A stretch of 64,000 nucleotides of DNA from Candidatus Omnitrophota bacterium (GTDB lineage: Bacteria > Omnitrophota > Omnitrophia > Omnitrophales > Omnitrophaceae). Below the pieces are notes generated by a model. It worked only from the letters and a program-made list of their open reading frames with translations, had not been told where the DNA came from and searched no databases. A program made the translations under genes and the position numbers. The stretch is from NCBI GenBank assembly GCA_029561555.1, contig JAKQXH010000058.1, forward strand, positions 2,949 through 66,948, written 5' to 3'. Positions 18,019 to 28,358 of this stretch are shown here, in pieces. The stretch's first letter is position 1, and every line of letters begins with the position of its first letter.

Positions 18019-18894
18019 TCAAAAATCTCCGTGTATTCTCTTAAAAAAACCCGTCCGCGGCAAGAGCCCGATCAGCATCCCCGGAAACCGCATGAGAAAC
18101 CAGTACATTTCCGCGATCGCGACCGCAAAAGGCCCGAACCCCAGAAACCCCGGCACGGGCATTTCAAATAATTTAACATCCGCAAGGTAAGGCACGTGAT
18201 AAATCCACTTGGTCGCGGCCCAATAATTCAGAGTCTCCCAGACAATCCCGCAAATATAGCCGGCCAGAAGAAGGTTCGTCATCCCCATTCGTCTTTCCCC
18301 GTCTCTCCCGTTCGGAATCCCCAAAAGCCGGTTCAGGGACACAAACACGAGAAAATACCCTCCCCAAATCAGAGGGCCGGTATAAATCGAGGGAGCAATC
18401 GTCGGGATCGCGATCAGGACCATTCCCGCGGCGATCCCGGCAATCAACCGCCTTTCCGGATAAGTCCGGGCGGCAGGCTTTCGCTTCCCCACTCCGAGTC
18501 CTTCCAGAAATTCCGCCGTAACCATAATCGCCGGAAGGATGGTCGCGAAGGAAATGATCATCGCAAACGCGGTGACGGAATCACTCTCGGGCAGGCCGAT
18601 ATATTCCCAATTCTTGAAACGGAGATTGTGAAGTTCAAACACGCACCAGAGCCCCACCGAAACCGGGAACATCGCGAGAAACTCTCCCGTCCGGTGGATC
18701 AGAAGAGAACGCCCGGACCGGGCCTCAAGGCAGCCGTCCACAAACAGGATATACCCGTACCACCCGATCGGCGTCACCCAGATATTCAGGGGAGAAATTC
18801 CGAGCCATGCCGCGGCCTGCATGATCAAAAGAATAAAAAGCCCGCCCAAGCCATAGGACTTCCTCAAGAAACCCGCAATCCCGCCCATGTTCAC
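18019..18894 (-). CDS. Polytopic integral membrane protein, hypothetical
   Basis: 291 aa with about 8 hydrophobic segments. GTG start at 18894 overlaps the asmA-like stop (an alternative ATG is at 18888). No family recognised. Confidence 0.6.
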   Translation of the reverse strand: MNMGGIAGFLRKSYGLGGLFILLIMQAAAWLGISPLNIWVTPIGWYGYILFVDGCLEARSGRSLLIHRTGEFLAMFPVSVGLWCVFELHNLRFKNWEYIGLPESDSVTAFAMIISFATILPAIMVTAEFLEGLGVGKRKPAARTYPERRLIAGIAAGMVLIAIPTIAPSIYTGPLIWGGYFLVFVSLNRLLGIPNGRDGERRMGMTNLLLAGYICGIVWETLNYWAATKWIYHVPYLADVKLFEMPVPGFLGFGPFAVAIAEMYWFLMRFPGMLIGLLPRTGFFKRIHGDF

Positions 18895-20729
18895 TGCCCT
18901 TTCGATTGATTCTGCCGGTCCGGCTCGAACAGCGCGTTCAATAATTCTTCATACGGAAATCCCTTGCCCGAAGACGTCCCGGTGCCGGTTGTCTGGGCGG
19001 CCTGCGCTCCCGTCGTCTGCTGTCCCGCCTGTTTTGCGTCTCCCTTCGAAAAAGCTTTTTCCAAAAGCCCCCCCAGCACCTCCTGGGTCTTGTTTACGGC
19101 AAGACGCATTCCGATGTAGTTCACATCCGGAATAAACGAGGGATGATTGATCTTCCCCTGGATTTTCACGGGAAACCCGAGCCATCCGTCGGCCAAAAGA
19201 AAATACTCGAGTTCATTGACGCTCTGGGCCAGGGCTTTCGAAAATCCGGGATAGATCCTCAGCATGCTCTGGCAGACAAGCATCCCGTCAAACGACAGAT
19301 CGGCGGACCCCGTCATCTCAAGGGTGTCGGTCGCAAGCCTCAGTCGGTCGGTCGAAATCGAGCCGTCTTTCACGGTCACGGGAAAATCCACCGGTTTCAG
19401 GACCGTGTCTTCGACCTGGATTTTCATCTTGTCGGAAGGCGAAAGCCGCCCCAGCAGCGTCTCGACCAGACCGGGGAGAAACGAAAGTTTGTAAAAGACC
19501 TCGCGCAGGATATTGAAATTCAGAATCACCCCGTCCTCAAGCCCCAGCCGGCCTTCGCCCGAAAGCGTCTGAGCGATGCGCGGCCACGCGAACCCTTCTG
19601 CCGTCCCCTGAAAAGACACGGAAAGCCGCCCCCGGAAACCGGCCCCTTTCGGAGCGGAAGGCCGGAAAAACGGATCCAATTTCACGCCGGCAGCGGAAAT
19701 ATTCATCGCCGTCGCCGGAAGCGTTTCCGGGTGACTGATCTTCCCGGAAATCGAGATATTTCCTTCCGAGAACGTCGAAGAGAATTTTTCGATGCGGACT
19801 TCATTGTCCCGAATCACCGCGTCAAGGTCAATATGGTCAATCGGCGATTCCAAGCCCGAAAAGGAAACCTTCCCGTTCCGGAAACCCACCTGCCCCTTTA
19901 ATTTCGAAAACGCCTCGACGGGGAATTCCAGATCTTCCGCTTGAACCGTGAGCAGGCCGCCCAATCCCTCCCGCAGTCCCGTCCCGGAAAGCGAAGGAAT
20001 ATTCCGGAAAAGCTCCGCGGGGTCCGTTCCGTCAAAATCGATCTCCAGTTTTATGTCTTCCAAAGCGAACGGCCGCCCAAACGCGGGGATTCTGAACCGG
20101 CCGGCACAATCCACATTGCGGCGAGTCCCGAAAACCTTCGCGCGGACGCGAAAACGGACCGGCTGAAAAACCGAAAGGTTCTCCAATTCGACATTCAGAT
20201 TTTGTACCGGGATTTCGGCAAACCACTCCCGCGATTCGTCACGAACCAGGATATTGCCGTCTTCAATCCGGAGCGCGTCGATCAGGAGCGAAAGAGCGGA
20301 AAAGCCCGGCTGAGGCGAAGCGGCCCCGGTCTTTCCTTCCGGGAATTTCAGCCCGTCGATTCCGAAGGACCCGTCCCGGTACCGGGTGAGGCACAATTCG
20401 GGCTTCACGATTTTCACGGCTCCGATTTCCAGAGACCGGCGGAGCAGCGGGGCAAACCGGACCATGAAGCTGGCTTGCTCCAGTCTGACCGCGGGCCCCG
20501 AATCCGAAACGCCCGTTCCGCCGACACGGATCCGGCTCACTTCCATGGCGAGACCGTCACGAAAGGCGAGTTTCACGCCGCCGATCGTCACCGGCCCCCC
20601 GAGCGTTTCGGTCAGTTTTCGCTCGAAAAATGATTTGTAGCGGTCGGCATCGAAGGTGACGATAAAAATCGCGATCGCCGCGAGAATCAGAAAAAAAATC
20701 AGCCCGATTGCGATAAGGATTTTTTTCAT
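18891..20729 (-). CDS. AsmA family protein
   Basis: N-terminal anchor MKKILIAIGLIFFLILAAIAIFIV followed by FDADRYKSFFERKL, typical of the AsmA N-terminus. 612 aa and beta-rich. Confidence 0.8.
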   Translation of the reverse strand: MKKILIAIGLIFFLILAAIAIFIVTFDADRYKSFFERKLTETLGGPVTIGGVKLAFRDGLAMEVSRIRVGGTGVSDSGPAVRLEQASFMVRFAPLLRRSLEIGAVKIVKPELCLTRYRDGSFGIDGLKFPEGKTGAASPQPGFSALSLLIDALRIEDGNILVRDESREWFAEIPVQNLNVELENLSVFQPVRFRVRAKVFGTRRNVDCAGRFRIPAFGRPFALEDIKLEIDFDGTDPAELFRNIPSLSGTGLREGLGGLLTVQAEDLEFPVEAFSKLKGQVGFRNGKVSFSGLESPIDHIDLDAVIRDNEVRIEKFSSTFSEGNISISGKISHPETLPATAMNISAAGVKLDPFFRPSAPKGAGFRGRLSVSFQGTAEGFAWPRIAQTLSGEGRLGLEDGVILNFNILREVFYKLSFLPGLVETLLGRLSPSDKMKIQVEDTVLKPVDFPVTVKDGSISTDRLRLATDTLEMTGSADLSFDGMLVCQSMLRIYPGFSKALAQSVNELEYFLLADGWLGFPVKIQGKINHPSFIPDVNYIGMRLAVNKTQEVLGGLLEKAFSKGDAKQAGQQTTGAQAAQTTGTGTSSGKGFPYEELLNALFEPDRQNQSKGQ

Positions 20730-20830
20730 TTTGAAATCCGGATATTCTTTTTTAGAAAACCGTCGCGGGAAGTCATCCCGGCATTAAGGGCCCGCGCCGG
20801 AAGGTCCCGCCCGGGTTTTGTCGCGCGAGG

Positions 20831-22588
20831 TTAATCCGAAACCGTATTGTCCATCACCGCGCCGGTATGGGCGCTCAAAACATGCCGGGCGTATCGTCCG
20901 AGCCATCCCCGGGTGACTTTGGGGACAAAAGGTTTTAACCGGGACAGACGCTCCCGGATTTCCTTTTCCGGGACCGTAAGATCGAGCGTTCGCCGTTCGG
21001 CATCGATTTCGATCCGGTCCCCGTCCCGAATCACCGCGATCGGTCCTCCCGCCGCGGCTTCCGGGGAGATATGCCCGATGCAAAGCCCCCGCGTCCCGCC
21101 CGAAAACCGGCCGTCCGTGATCAACGCGGCACGAAGGCCCCTACCTTTGAGCGCGGACGTAGGCGAAAGCATTTCCTGCATTCCCGGTCCTCCTTTGGGG
21201 CCTTCATAGCGGATCACCACCACATCCCCGTCCGAAATCTTCCCGCCGAGGATGGCATCCAGCGCTTCTTCCTGGGAAGAAAAACATTTCGCTTTCCCTT
21301 TGAATTGCATCATGTCTTTCTCGACGCCCGCGGTTTTCACGACCGCCCCTTCCGGCGCGATATTTCCGTAGAGAATCGCAAGGCCGCCTTTTTCGGAAAA
21401 AACTTTTTCTCCCGAACGGATGACATCCCCGTCGGCGTCCGGCGCTTTCAGGACGGCATCTCCCAGACTGCCCGCGCAGGTCAGAAGATTCAGCTTGAGC
21501 GGAGCGCGGCCGTCTTGATGAACGGCCTTCAGAATCGCGGCAATGCCTCCGACCCGGTGGACATCCTCCAGGTGAATTTCGGGCCTCGACGGAGAAACCT
21601 TGCACACGTTCGGGGTAACTTCCGCCAACTCGTTGATGCGGGAGAGCGGATAATCGATGCCGGCCTCCCGCGCGAGCGCCAGCGTGTGAAGGACGGTGTT
21701 CGTCGATCCCCCCATCGCGAGATCCAGAATAAAAGCGTTGTCGATCGCCTCCCGGGTGACGATATCCAGAGGCCGGATATTGTTTTTAAGAAGGTATTCG
21801 ATCGTGTCCGCGGCGCGCGTCACCAAAGCGATCCTTTCGGGATTCACGTTCCAGGTCCCTTTTTCGCGGTCCGTCCAGACCGCGGCCGGGATCGTCCCGT
21901 TTCCGGGCAGGGCCATTCCGATCGCCTCGGCGAGACAATTCATGGAATTCGCCGTGAACATGCCGGCACAGCTTCCGCAGGTCATGCAGGCCGACTCGGC
22001 AAGGTTTTCAAGCTGCGTCGGAGTGATTTTCCCGGCGGCCTCGCTTCCGACCCCTTCAAAGACGGTGATCAGATCCGTATTGTTCTTCCCGGCCAGCATC
22101 GGTCCCCCGCTCACGTACAGCGCGGGGATGTTGAGGCGGACCGTCGCGTTCAGCATCGCGGGAACGATTTTGTCGCAATTCCCGATACCAATCCACGCGT
22201 CGCAGGGATGCGCCCCGACAATCGTTTCGATCTGATCGGCGATCAGCTCGCGGGACGGCAGGGAATATTTCATCCCGAAATGCCCCATCGCAATCCCGTC
22301 ATCGACCGCGCCGCCGATATTCGCGTACCAGACGTTGAAACCTTTCGCGCGGAGGCAGGACACCAGCTTTTCGCCGAGGACATTCAACCGGGCGTGGCCG
22401 GGGATTTGATTCGTGTAGGAATTGATGACCGTGATAAACGGCTTCCCGCGGTCGGAGACCTTTTCTAAAACGCCCGCCGCGACCATGAGGGATGCCGCGG
22501 GCAGCATGTGCTTCCCTTCGGCGACAATCCGGCTTCCGCGCTTCTGCACGGCTTCGATACCCGCATTCAGGGGGATTCTCTTTTTCAT
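20831..22588 (-). CDS. ilvD: Dihydroxy-acid dehydratase
   Basis: [21 protein letters not shown] and [31 protein letters not shown]. Confidence 0.93.
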   Translation of the reverse strand: MKKRIPLNAGIEAVQKRGSRIVAEGKHMLPAASLMVAAGVLEKVSDRGKPFITVINSYTNQIPGHARLNVLGEKLVSCLRAKGFNVWYANIGGAVDDGIAMGHFGMKYSLPSRELIADQIETIVGAHPCDAWIGIGNCDKIVPAMLNATVRLNIPALYVSGGPMLAGKNNTDLITVFEGVGSEAAGKITPTQLENLAESACMTCGSCAGMFTANSMNCLAEAIGMALPGNGTIPAAVWTDREKGTWNVNPERIALVTRAADTIEYLLKNNIRPLDIVTREAIDNAFILDLAMGGSTNTVLHTLALAREAGIDYPLSRINELAEVTPNVCKVSPSRPEIHLEDVHRVGGIAAILKAVHQDGRAPLKLNLLTCAGSLGDAVLKAPDADGDVIRSGEKVFSEKGGLAILYGNIAPEGAVVKTAGVEKDMMQFKGKAKCFSSQEEALDAILGGKISDGDVVVIRYEGPKGGPGMQEMLSPTSALKGRGLRAALITDGRFSGGTRGLCIGHISPEAAAGGPIAVIRDGDRIEIDAERRTLDLTVPEKEIRERLSRLKPFVPKVTRGWLGRYARHVLSAHTGAVMDNTVSD

Positions 22589-22613
22589 TTCAGGCCGTCT
22601 CTCTTTCTATAGA

Positions 22614-23747
22614 TTACCGCGCGTAAAATTCACTGATCTTTTCCACGACATATTCCTGATCGGCGTCCGTCAGCTCCGGATAGATCGGAAGCGCGAAAGT
22701 CTCGGCCGCCGCTTTCTCCGAATTCGGGAAATCCCCCTGCCGGTATCCGGAAAATTCAAGCGCGCGGGTCAAATGCAGAGGAAAGGGATAGTAGATGTAG
22801 CACTCCACTCCGGCGTCGCCGAGATGCTTCAGCAGTTCATCCCGTTTCTCGACCCGGATCACGTACTGATGATACGTGTGATGACCGCGGGGGTCCTCGA
22901 AAGGAACTTTCACCTGCCCCAATCCCGCCCGCGCGATCATCTCGGTATAAGCGAGAGCCCGTTTTCTCCGGGTCTCAAGCGCGCCGGCCATGTATTTGCG
23001 CAGCTTGACCCGCAAAATCGCGGCCTGCAGCGTGTCGAGCCTCGAATTGAATCCGAGTTTGTCGTGATGATACCGCTTGGTCATGCCCTGATTCCGGAGG
23101 ATGCGGACTTCCTGCAAAAGCTTTTCGTCCGAAGTCACCACGATCCCGGCGTCTCCGTACGCGCCGAGGTTCTTGGTCGGAAAAAAACTGAAACAGCCGA
23201 ACTCGCCGAAAGTCCCGACCGACCGCCCTTCGAATTTCGTTCCGTGGGCCTGCGCGCAGTCTTCGACCAGAAAAAGATTGTGCTTTTTCGCGAGCGGCAC
23301 GATCTGATCCATCCGGCAGGGCTGCCCGTACAAATGCACCGGCACAATGGCCTTGGTTTTTTTCGTGATTCTTTTCTCGATCCGGGCGGGATCGATGTTG
23401 TAGGTCTCAAGATCGATATCGGCCAGGACCAGTTTCGCGCCCGTTTTCACGATCGCGTTTCCCGTCGCGAAATACGTGTGAGACGGCGCGATCACTTCAT
23501 CGCCCGGTCCGATCCCCAGCGCCAAAAGAGCGAGCACAATCGCGTCCGTTCCGTTCCCGACCCCGGCCGCATAGGCCGCGCCGAGCCATTTCGCGTATTC
23601 TTCCTCAAAAAGCCTGACTTCCTCCCCCAAAATAAACTGCCCGGAAGCGCACACCTTGTCCACCGCTTCCAGCAATTCCGTTCTGAAACCTTTATACTGT
23701 TCGCCGAAACGCTGTGCCGGCACCTTTTTCGCAATGGTCTGACTCAT
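22614..23747 (-). CDS. DegT/DnrJ/EryC1/StrS family sugar aminotransferase
   Basis: GNGTDAIVLAL, and FSFFPTKNLGAYGDAG containing the PLP lysine. 377 aa. Confidence 0.9.
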   Translation of the reverse strand: MSQTIAKKVPAQRFGEQYKGFRTELLEAVDKVCASGQFILGEEVRLFEEEYAKWLGAAYAAGVGNGTDAIVLALLALGIGPGDEVIAPSHTYFATGNAIVKTGAKLVLADIDLETYNIDPARIEKRITKKTKAIVPVHLYGQPCRMDQIVPLAKKHNLFLVEDCAQAHGTKFEGRSVGTFGEFGCFSFFPTKNLGAYGDAGIVVTSDEKLLQEVRILRNQGMTKRYHHDKLGFNSRLDTLQAAILRVKLRKYMAGALETRRKRALAYTEMIARAGLGQVKVPFEDPRGHHTYHQYVIRVEKRDELLKHLGDAGVECYIYYPFPLHLTRALEFSGYRQGDFPNSEKAAAETFALPIYPELTDADQEYVVEKISEFYAR

Positions 23748-23759
23748 TTTCCGCTCCGA

Positions 23760-24116
23760 TTATGCTTTGAAAAACATGTGAACCGCAACAACGGCCAAAA
23801 ATACCGCAAAAATTTTCCTCAAAAGTCCCGCTTCCAGCCCCAGAGAGATATGCGCTCCGATCAGAACTCCGATAACGGAAAAAACGGAAACCACGGCAAA
23901 AACTTTCAGATCAACCATGTGGTCCATTTTGTAGCGGATCGCGCCGAAAAAAGCCGTCAGGACGATGACCGCAAGCGAGGTCCCGAACGCCCGGTGCGTT
24001 TCCATCCCGAAAAAGCGCATAAAGGCGGGGATCAAAACCGTCCCGCCGCCGACCCCCAACGCGCCGCTCAGAAAGCCGGCGGCCGCTCCGGTTAAAATCA
24101 TCAAGACAAAGGTCAT
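23760..24116 (-). CDS. Half-size TauE/SafE family membrane protein (118 aa)
   Basis: GAAAGFLSGALGVGGGTVLIP motif with 4 predicted TM segments. Only about half the usual length, and no partner half-gene is adjacent. Confidence 0.65.
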   Translation of the reverse strand: MTFVLMILTGAAAGFLSGALGVGGGTVLIPAFMRFFGMETHRAFGTSLAVIVLTAFFGAIRYKMDHMVDLKVFAVVSVFSVIGVLIGAHISLGLEAGLLRKIFAVFLAVVAVHMFFKA

Positions 24117-24143
24117 GGAACCGTGCCTTTTTTTTCCGCCGTC

Positions 24144-24551
24144 TCAGTTACCGGCATCCAGAGCCTGATTCACCAATCGATCCGCCTCTCGCATCCGCGA
24201 ATGTTCCCGGGGAAGATGCCGGTAGGAAACCGTCTTGAATTCCCGCTCCAGTTTCCTGACCTCACCGACCAATTCCCGGATCGAATCGGACTTCACTTTG
24301 TATTTCCCGCTCATCTGGCAGACCACCAACTCGCTGTCCAGGAAAGCCTCGACTTCGTCCGCCCCGAATTCCTTGGCGATCGAAAGGGCCGCGATGAGGG
24401 CGCAATATTCGGCCACATTGTTGGTCGCGGTCCCGATCACGTCCCTGTGTTCGGCCAGGACCTTATCCCGGGCGTCGCAAATCAGGATCCCGATCCCACC
24501 GGGCCCCGGATTACCCCGCGCCCCGCCGTCCGAATAAGTCCGGAGTTTCAT
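24144..24551 (-). CDS. rnhA: Ribonuclease HI family protein
   Basis: YSDGGARGNPGPGGIG, TNNVAEYCALIAAL and DSELVVCQM fit the RNase H DEDD pattern. Confidence 0.85.
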   Translation of the reverse strand: MKLRTYSDGGARGNPGPGGIGILICDARDKVLAEHRDVIGTATNNVAEYCALIAALSIAKEFGADEVEAFLDSELVVCQMSGKYKVKSDSIRELVGEVRKLEREFKTVSYRHLPREHSRMREADRLVNQALDAGN

Positions 24552-24677
24552 TTCGATCCTGCCGAAAAATAAGGAGATAAAAGAAACATGAAGCTAAGTT
24601 TATTGGAATCCCTTCAAGAGTCAACGGAAAAAGCGGAATTGCCCCCGCCGTCCGGACCGGCAAAAAAGAAGCGCCGG

Positions 24678-25346
24678 TTATTTCTTCTTGAATTCGTTCT
24701 CAAAACCTTTCATATGCCCGTCAAGATTCTCAATTTCTCTCTGAAGCAGAAGCATTCTTTCCCGGAGCTCTTTGAGCGGGTCCGGCAAGTCCCCGTGATC
24801 CAGGTTCTGAGAAGAGACTTTTTCTCCCTGTATCCGGACCACTTCCGCCGGGACTCCGACCACGGTGCAATTATCGGGGACCGACGTCACCACGACCGAT
24901 CCGGCTCCGATTTTCACGTTGTTCCCGATGCGGATATTGCCCAAAACCGTCGCGTGAGCGCCCACCACGACATTGTTGCCTACCGTCGGATGCCGTTTCC
25001 CCTTTTCCTTTCCCGTCCCACCCAACGTCACGCCCTGATAGAGCGTCACATTGCTGCCGATTTCGGCGGTTTCCCCGATCACCACGCCCATCCCGTGATC
25101 GATAAAAAAACCGGAACCGATTGTCGCGCCGGGATGAATTTCAACTCCCGTAAAGAACCGGGCCAGGTGGGAGAGCAGTCTCGGAAGCAAAGGAATTCGG
25201 AGTTTATAAATGCTATGGCTGATCCGGTGCACGACTAAAGCCTGAAATCCCGAATAAGTCAGCAGAATTTCGATCGGAGCGAAGATGGTCCTCGCGGCAG
25301 GATCCCGGTCCAGCACCGCTTTAAAATCTTTGAGTATCGAAATCAT
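24678..25346 (-). CDS. cysE: Serine O-acetyltransferase
   Basis: [30 protein letters not shown] and hexapeptide repeats ([31 protein letters not shown]). Confidence 0.9.
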   Translation of the reverse strand: MISILKDFKAVLDRDPAARTIFAPIEILLTYSGFQALVVHRISHSIYKLRIPLLPRLLSHLARFFTGVEIHPGATIGSGFFIDHGMGVVIGETAEIGSNVTLYQGVTLGGTGKEKGKRHPTVGNNVVVGAHATVLGNIRIGNNVKIGAGSVVVTSVPDNCTVVGVPAEVVRIQGEKVSSQNLDHGDLPDPLKELRERMLLLQREIENLDGHMKGFENEFKKK

Positions 25347-25405
25347 TTTTCCGATCCCTCCTTCCTATAACCTTTTTACCGGTCTTTATTTCCGTACGAT
25401 TTTGG

Positions 25406-25434
25406 ATTATGGCAATTTAGCCTCCGATTGTCAA
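25406..25434 (-). promoter_or_regulatory. Candidate sigma-70 promoter of cysE (TTGACA-17 nt-CATAAT)
   Basis: The minus strand reads TTGACAatcggaggctaaattgcCATAAT about 55 nt upstream of the cysE ATG. An SD (GGAAGGAGGG) follows. Confidence 0.5.
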
Positions 25435-25802
25435 GAAAGCCCCGCGTCAGCGATAGCCGAGGAAATTTCAAAATTTCCCATTCGAGAAGGTTAGAGGGAC
25501 TTCCTCTATGGGGACGATGCCCGCCGGGCAGAGAAAACTTTAACGAATTCCGGACTCCTCAAAGGGTCGGTTGGAGGGATTTCGACTTGCTGAAGCACCG
25601 GAAGAAATAACGCCGCCGGAACCAGCGAAAAATAAGCGCGGGTTTATCCAAACAGCTGAGCACGACACAATTTAGGACTTTCTTTCGTTTCATGGCACTC
25701 CCGCCTTTCTACCTAAAAGGTACCCTGCCTTTTTCTTGATGTCAAATCCTTTGGCCCAAGTTATAATAGGCCGCTTTATAATATGGAAAAGGAGACTGAG
25801 CC

Positions 25803-26297
25803 ATGCCGATGAAAGACTTTAAGATTGTGTTAGCCATATCGAATCAGCCATTCGCCAAAAAAGTCATCCGCATCTTGAATTCCTTCTATACAATCAGCCT
25901 CGTGACCTCCATACGCGACCTTTCATCAAAGATTCATCAGGAAAACCCGAATTTAATCATTATTGATTATTCTTTCGGAGGGATGAGGGCCGATGAAATC
26001 TATCGGGGGATTGAGTTTCTTCACCCCAACGTCAACTTTATCGTTTATACCGCCCGGGAGAAAAAATATCTGGCAAAAAAATTGTGGAAACGTCGGGCGA
26101 TGGACTATCTAAACTATACCGACGACCCGGTCCTTTTCGTCCAGAACGTGAACAAAACGGTACGCTGGACCATTCAGCGAAACGAAACCGTCGCCCTTGA
26201 AAAGACCGTGGACAAGATCGAAAAAGCCATCTTAGACGTCAAAAAAACCATCAAAAATTGGGAAACGAGCTTCGGTTCTTCGAATACAAGAAAATAA
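25803..26297 (+). CDS. Degenerate (pseudo-)receiver domain protein with C-terminal coiled-coil-like tail
   Basis: CheY-like beta-alpha pattern. The phospho-acceptor-position Asp is retained (LIIIDYSFGGM), but the N-terminal acidic pair is replaced (LAISNQP) and the conserved Lys is replaced (DYLNYTDDP). Strong SD (AAAAGGAGA). The gene is visibly more A/T-rich than its flanks. Confidence 0.6.
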   Translation: MPMKDFKIVLAISNQPFAKKVIRILNSFYTISLVTSIRDLSSKIHQENPNLIIIDYSFGGMRADEIYRGIEFLHPNVNFIVYTAREKKYLAKKLWKRRAMDYLNYTDDPVLFVQNVNKTVRWTIQRNETVALEKTVDKIEKAILDVKKTIKNWETSFGSSNTRK

Positions 26298-26335
26298 GCC
26301 CTCGGGGAGCCTTTCCTATTCATCAATAAAGAGTT

Positions 26336-28309
26336 TTAATTTTCCGTCCCCCGGAGAATGGCCTTTCCCAGAATGAAACAGTCGTTTTTCCCGTCCGGAA
26401 GGAAAAATAAGTTCTCTTTGCCGTCGGACCGGTCGTAATCGGCATCATGGACGGCAGGACTGAACCCGAATCGCAGCCCTTCCGAGGGGTCCATCTTCAG
26501 AAATTTCCAGGAAATCCTGGCTTCCAAATCGTATCCGTCGACCTTTCGCTTCACCTTGGCTTCGGCCAATCCCCTTGTCATGGGATCATAGGACTGAAAC
26601 CACGCCCAGCACCGGACGTCATCCCCGGAAGCCGCCGGACTGAATCCCAATTGAACGTCCTTTTGCCTTCCCCACCGCAGGCCTTTCCCGTCGGGATTGA
26701 CGAATAATTCGATGCAATCGTCCTTCCAGATCTTCTCGCCTTTCTGATTCAGGATCAGGCTCTCGTCGCGAACGCGGGCGGCGGCATAAAGAAAATCCTC
26801 GTCCCAGGCAAAATAAAAATCGCCGGACAAATCCGCATCATCCCCGATCTCCCCGACCTCGTAATGTTCCTGCAGCCGGAGTTCCGTGGCGGATCCCAAA
26901 TCCCAATCGTTCAAATTTCCGTCAATCGTTATCTCCCGGTCCCGTTTCGGGATTTCGACCAAAGGGCGCTTCGGCCGTTTTAGACGGAGCGTCCCCTCCC
27001 GGAATCCCATTTTCCCCAGTCCCTCTTTCACCGAAGGATTTCGCATAAAAAGGCGCCAGACCATTTCGCTCCGCAAATTTTCAATCATCAAGGCAATCGG
27101 CCCCTGATCGATTCCGATCACTTCATTTGAAAACCAGGGCCGTTTCAGATTGAAAGCGTCGCAAAATCCGTATTTCCCCGAAATCTTTCCCTTCAAGTCC
27201 GGATCGGACGCCATCGCGCGAAACGCCTTCAGGGAAAGTTCCGGCGTAAAAACGATGCTGCCTCCCGCCGCCGTCGGCGCGATCGTCCCGTCCTGCGGGG
27301 CGTTGCCGGGCGGCGCCCCGTAGGCCTTGTACCCGTCGGGCCCCATGCAGGCCGTCAGGCCCCAGATATTTTCGGAATACGTTTTGTTTTGATCGCTCCG
27401 ATCGATGCAAAATTCGCGGTTCACGATCGTCGCGACGCGGGAATTCTCGAAATAATCCGCGACCCCGTCATTTTTATTCCGCAAATCAAGCCAAACCTGG
27501 GAATACTGATGCGTGAAAAGCGGGGGACAATAAATCAGGACGTGCGTACCGTAAACCCCGATTTTTTTCTTCACGGCCCGCCAGGACTCCGCGGGGATCG
27601 GATGCGCCGGCGAAGCGATTGCGAGAAGGTACAATATGAGGGACTCATTATAGGAATTCCACCGTTCTTTCAGGAATCCGGAATCCGGTTTCCATCCCAT
27701 CGAAAGAGTTCTTCCGCCGTTCAGCATCCAGGAAAAATCCGCGCGTTCGTAAAGGGCTTGGGCCATCGTTTCGATTTCCGTCCCTTTGAAATATTCCCCG
27801 GCCGTCAGCGCCCCGGCGAGGAACAATGCCGTATCAACCGAAGAAATTTCGGAATACTTGGTCGGCTTACCGGTCCTCCAATCCATAAAATGATAAAAAA
27901 AACCGCGCTGGACCGGCAATTGCTTCAGGGCGAATCGCAGAGTCTTGACGCAATATTCCCGAGCGTCTTTTTTTTCGATCCAACCCCTCTCCGCTCCCAC
28001 GCACATGGCCGTGAGGCCGAATCCGGTCGCCGCAATGCTCGCGATCCGGCTCTGATCGTTTCCGGCATTGACGGCCTTGTCTTTCACAAGCCCCGTCTTC
28101 GGATGATGCTCCCGGTTGAAATAATCAAAGGCCTTCCGCTCGACTTCGTCCAAAAACCGCTCGTCATCCGGAGAAAAACTCGCGGGCTGCGCCCAAAGAA
28201 AAGGTCCCAGCGATAAGGCAAAAAGCGCAAGGGCGAGAATTTTCCGCACCGTTCTTCTCACTTTCTTCAAAATTAAAAATCCCGGCCTTTCATAAAATCC
28301 GCCGCTCAT
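26336..28309 (-). CDS. Secreted glucoamylase-like (GH144/beta-1,2-glucanase-like) protein with C-terminal CBM9-like domain
   Basis: Trimmed to MSGGFYERPGF... followed by a signal peptide. Alpha/alpha-barrel-like core (GFFYHFMDWRTG, SVDTALFLAGAL). C-terminal IDGNLNDWDL...FYFAWDEDFLYAAARVRD...DDCIELFVNPDG is typical of CBM9. Confidence 0.55.
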   Translation of the reverse strand: MSGGFYERPGFLILKKVRRTVRKILALALFALSLGPFLWAQPASFSPDDERFLDEVERKAFDYFNREHHPKTGLVKDKAVNAGNDQSRIASIAATGFGLTAMCVGAERGWIEKKDAREYCVKTLRFALKQLPVQRGFFYHFMDWRTGKPTKYSEISSVDTALFLAGALTAGEYFKGTEIETMAQALYERADFSWMLNGGRTLSMGWKPDSGFLKERWNSYNESLILYLLAIASPAHPIPAESWRAVKKKIGVYGTHVLIYCPPLFTHQYSQVWLDLRNKNDGVADYFENSRVATIVNREFCIDRSDQNKTYSENIWGLTACMGPDGYKAYGAPPGNAPQDGTIAPTAAGGSIVFTPELSLKAFRAMASDPDLKGKISGKYGFCDAFNLKRPWFSNEVIGIDQGPIALMIENLRSEMVWRLFMRNPSVKEGLGKMGFREGTLRLKRPKRPLVEIPKRDREITIDGNLNDWDLGSATELRLQEHYEVGEIGDDADLSGDFYFAWDEDFLYAAARVRDESLILNQKGEKIWKDDCIELFVNPDGKGLRWGRQKDVQLGFSPAASGDDVRCWAWFQSYDPMTRGLAEAKVKRKVDGYDLEARISWKFLKMDPSEGLRFGFSPAVHDADYDRSDGKENLFFLPDGKNDCFILGKAILRGTEN

Positions 28310-28358
28310 CGGGCGCTCGAAATCCGGCTCCGCCGAAACCCGGCGGCGTAAAATAACT

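Noticed and set aside
23760-24116. Half-length TauE/SafE gene considered as a truncated pseudogene.
   Set aside because: The frame is intact with clean start and stop codons and four TM segments. Half-size TauE proteins are known, and there is no evidence of a disrupted second half, so I kept it as a CDS at moderate confidence.
25428-25700. 60-aa plus-strand ORF (25428-25610) and a 44-aa minus-strand ORF (ATG near 25693) in the cysE-upstream gap.
   Set aside because: Both are highly basic and low-complexity, mutually overlapping, and without convincing translation signals. The region is kept only as unexplained noncoding sequence.
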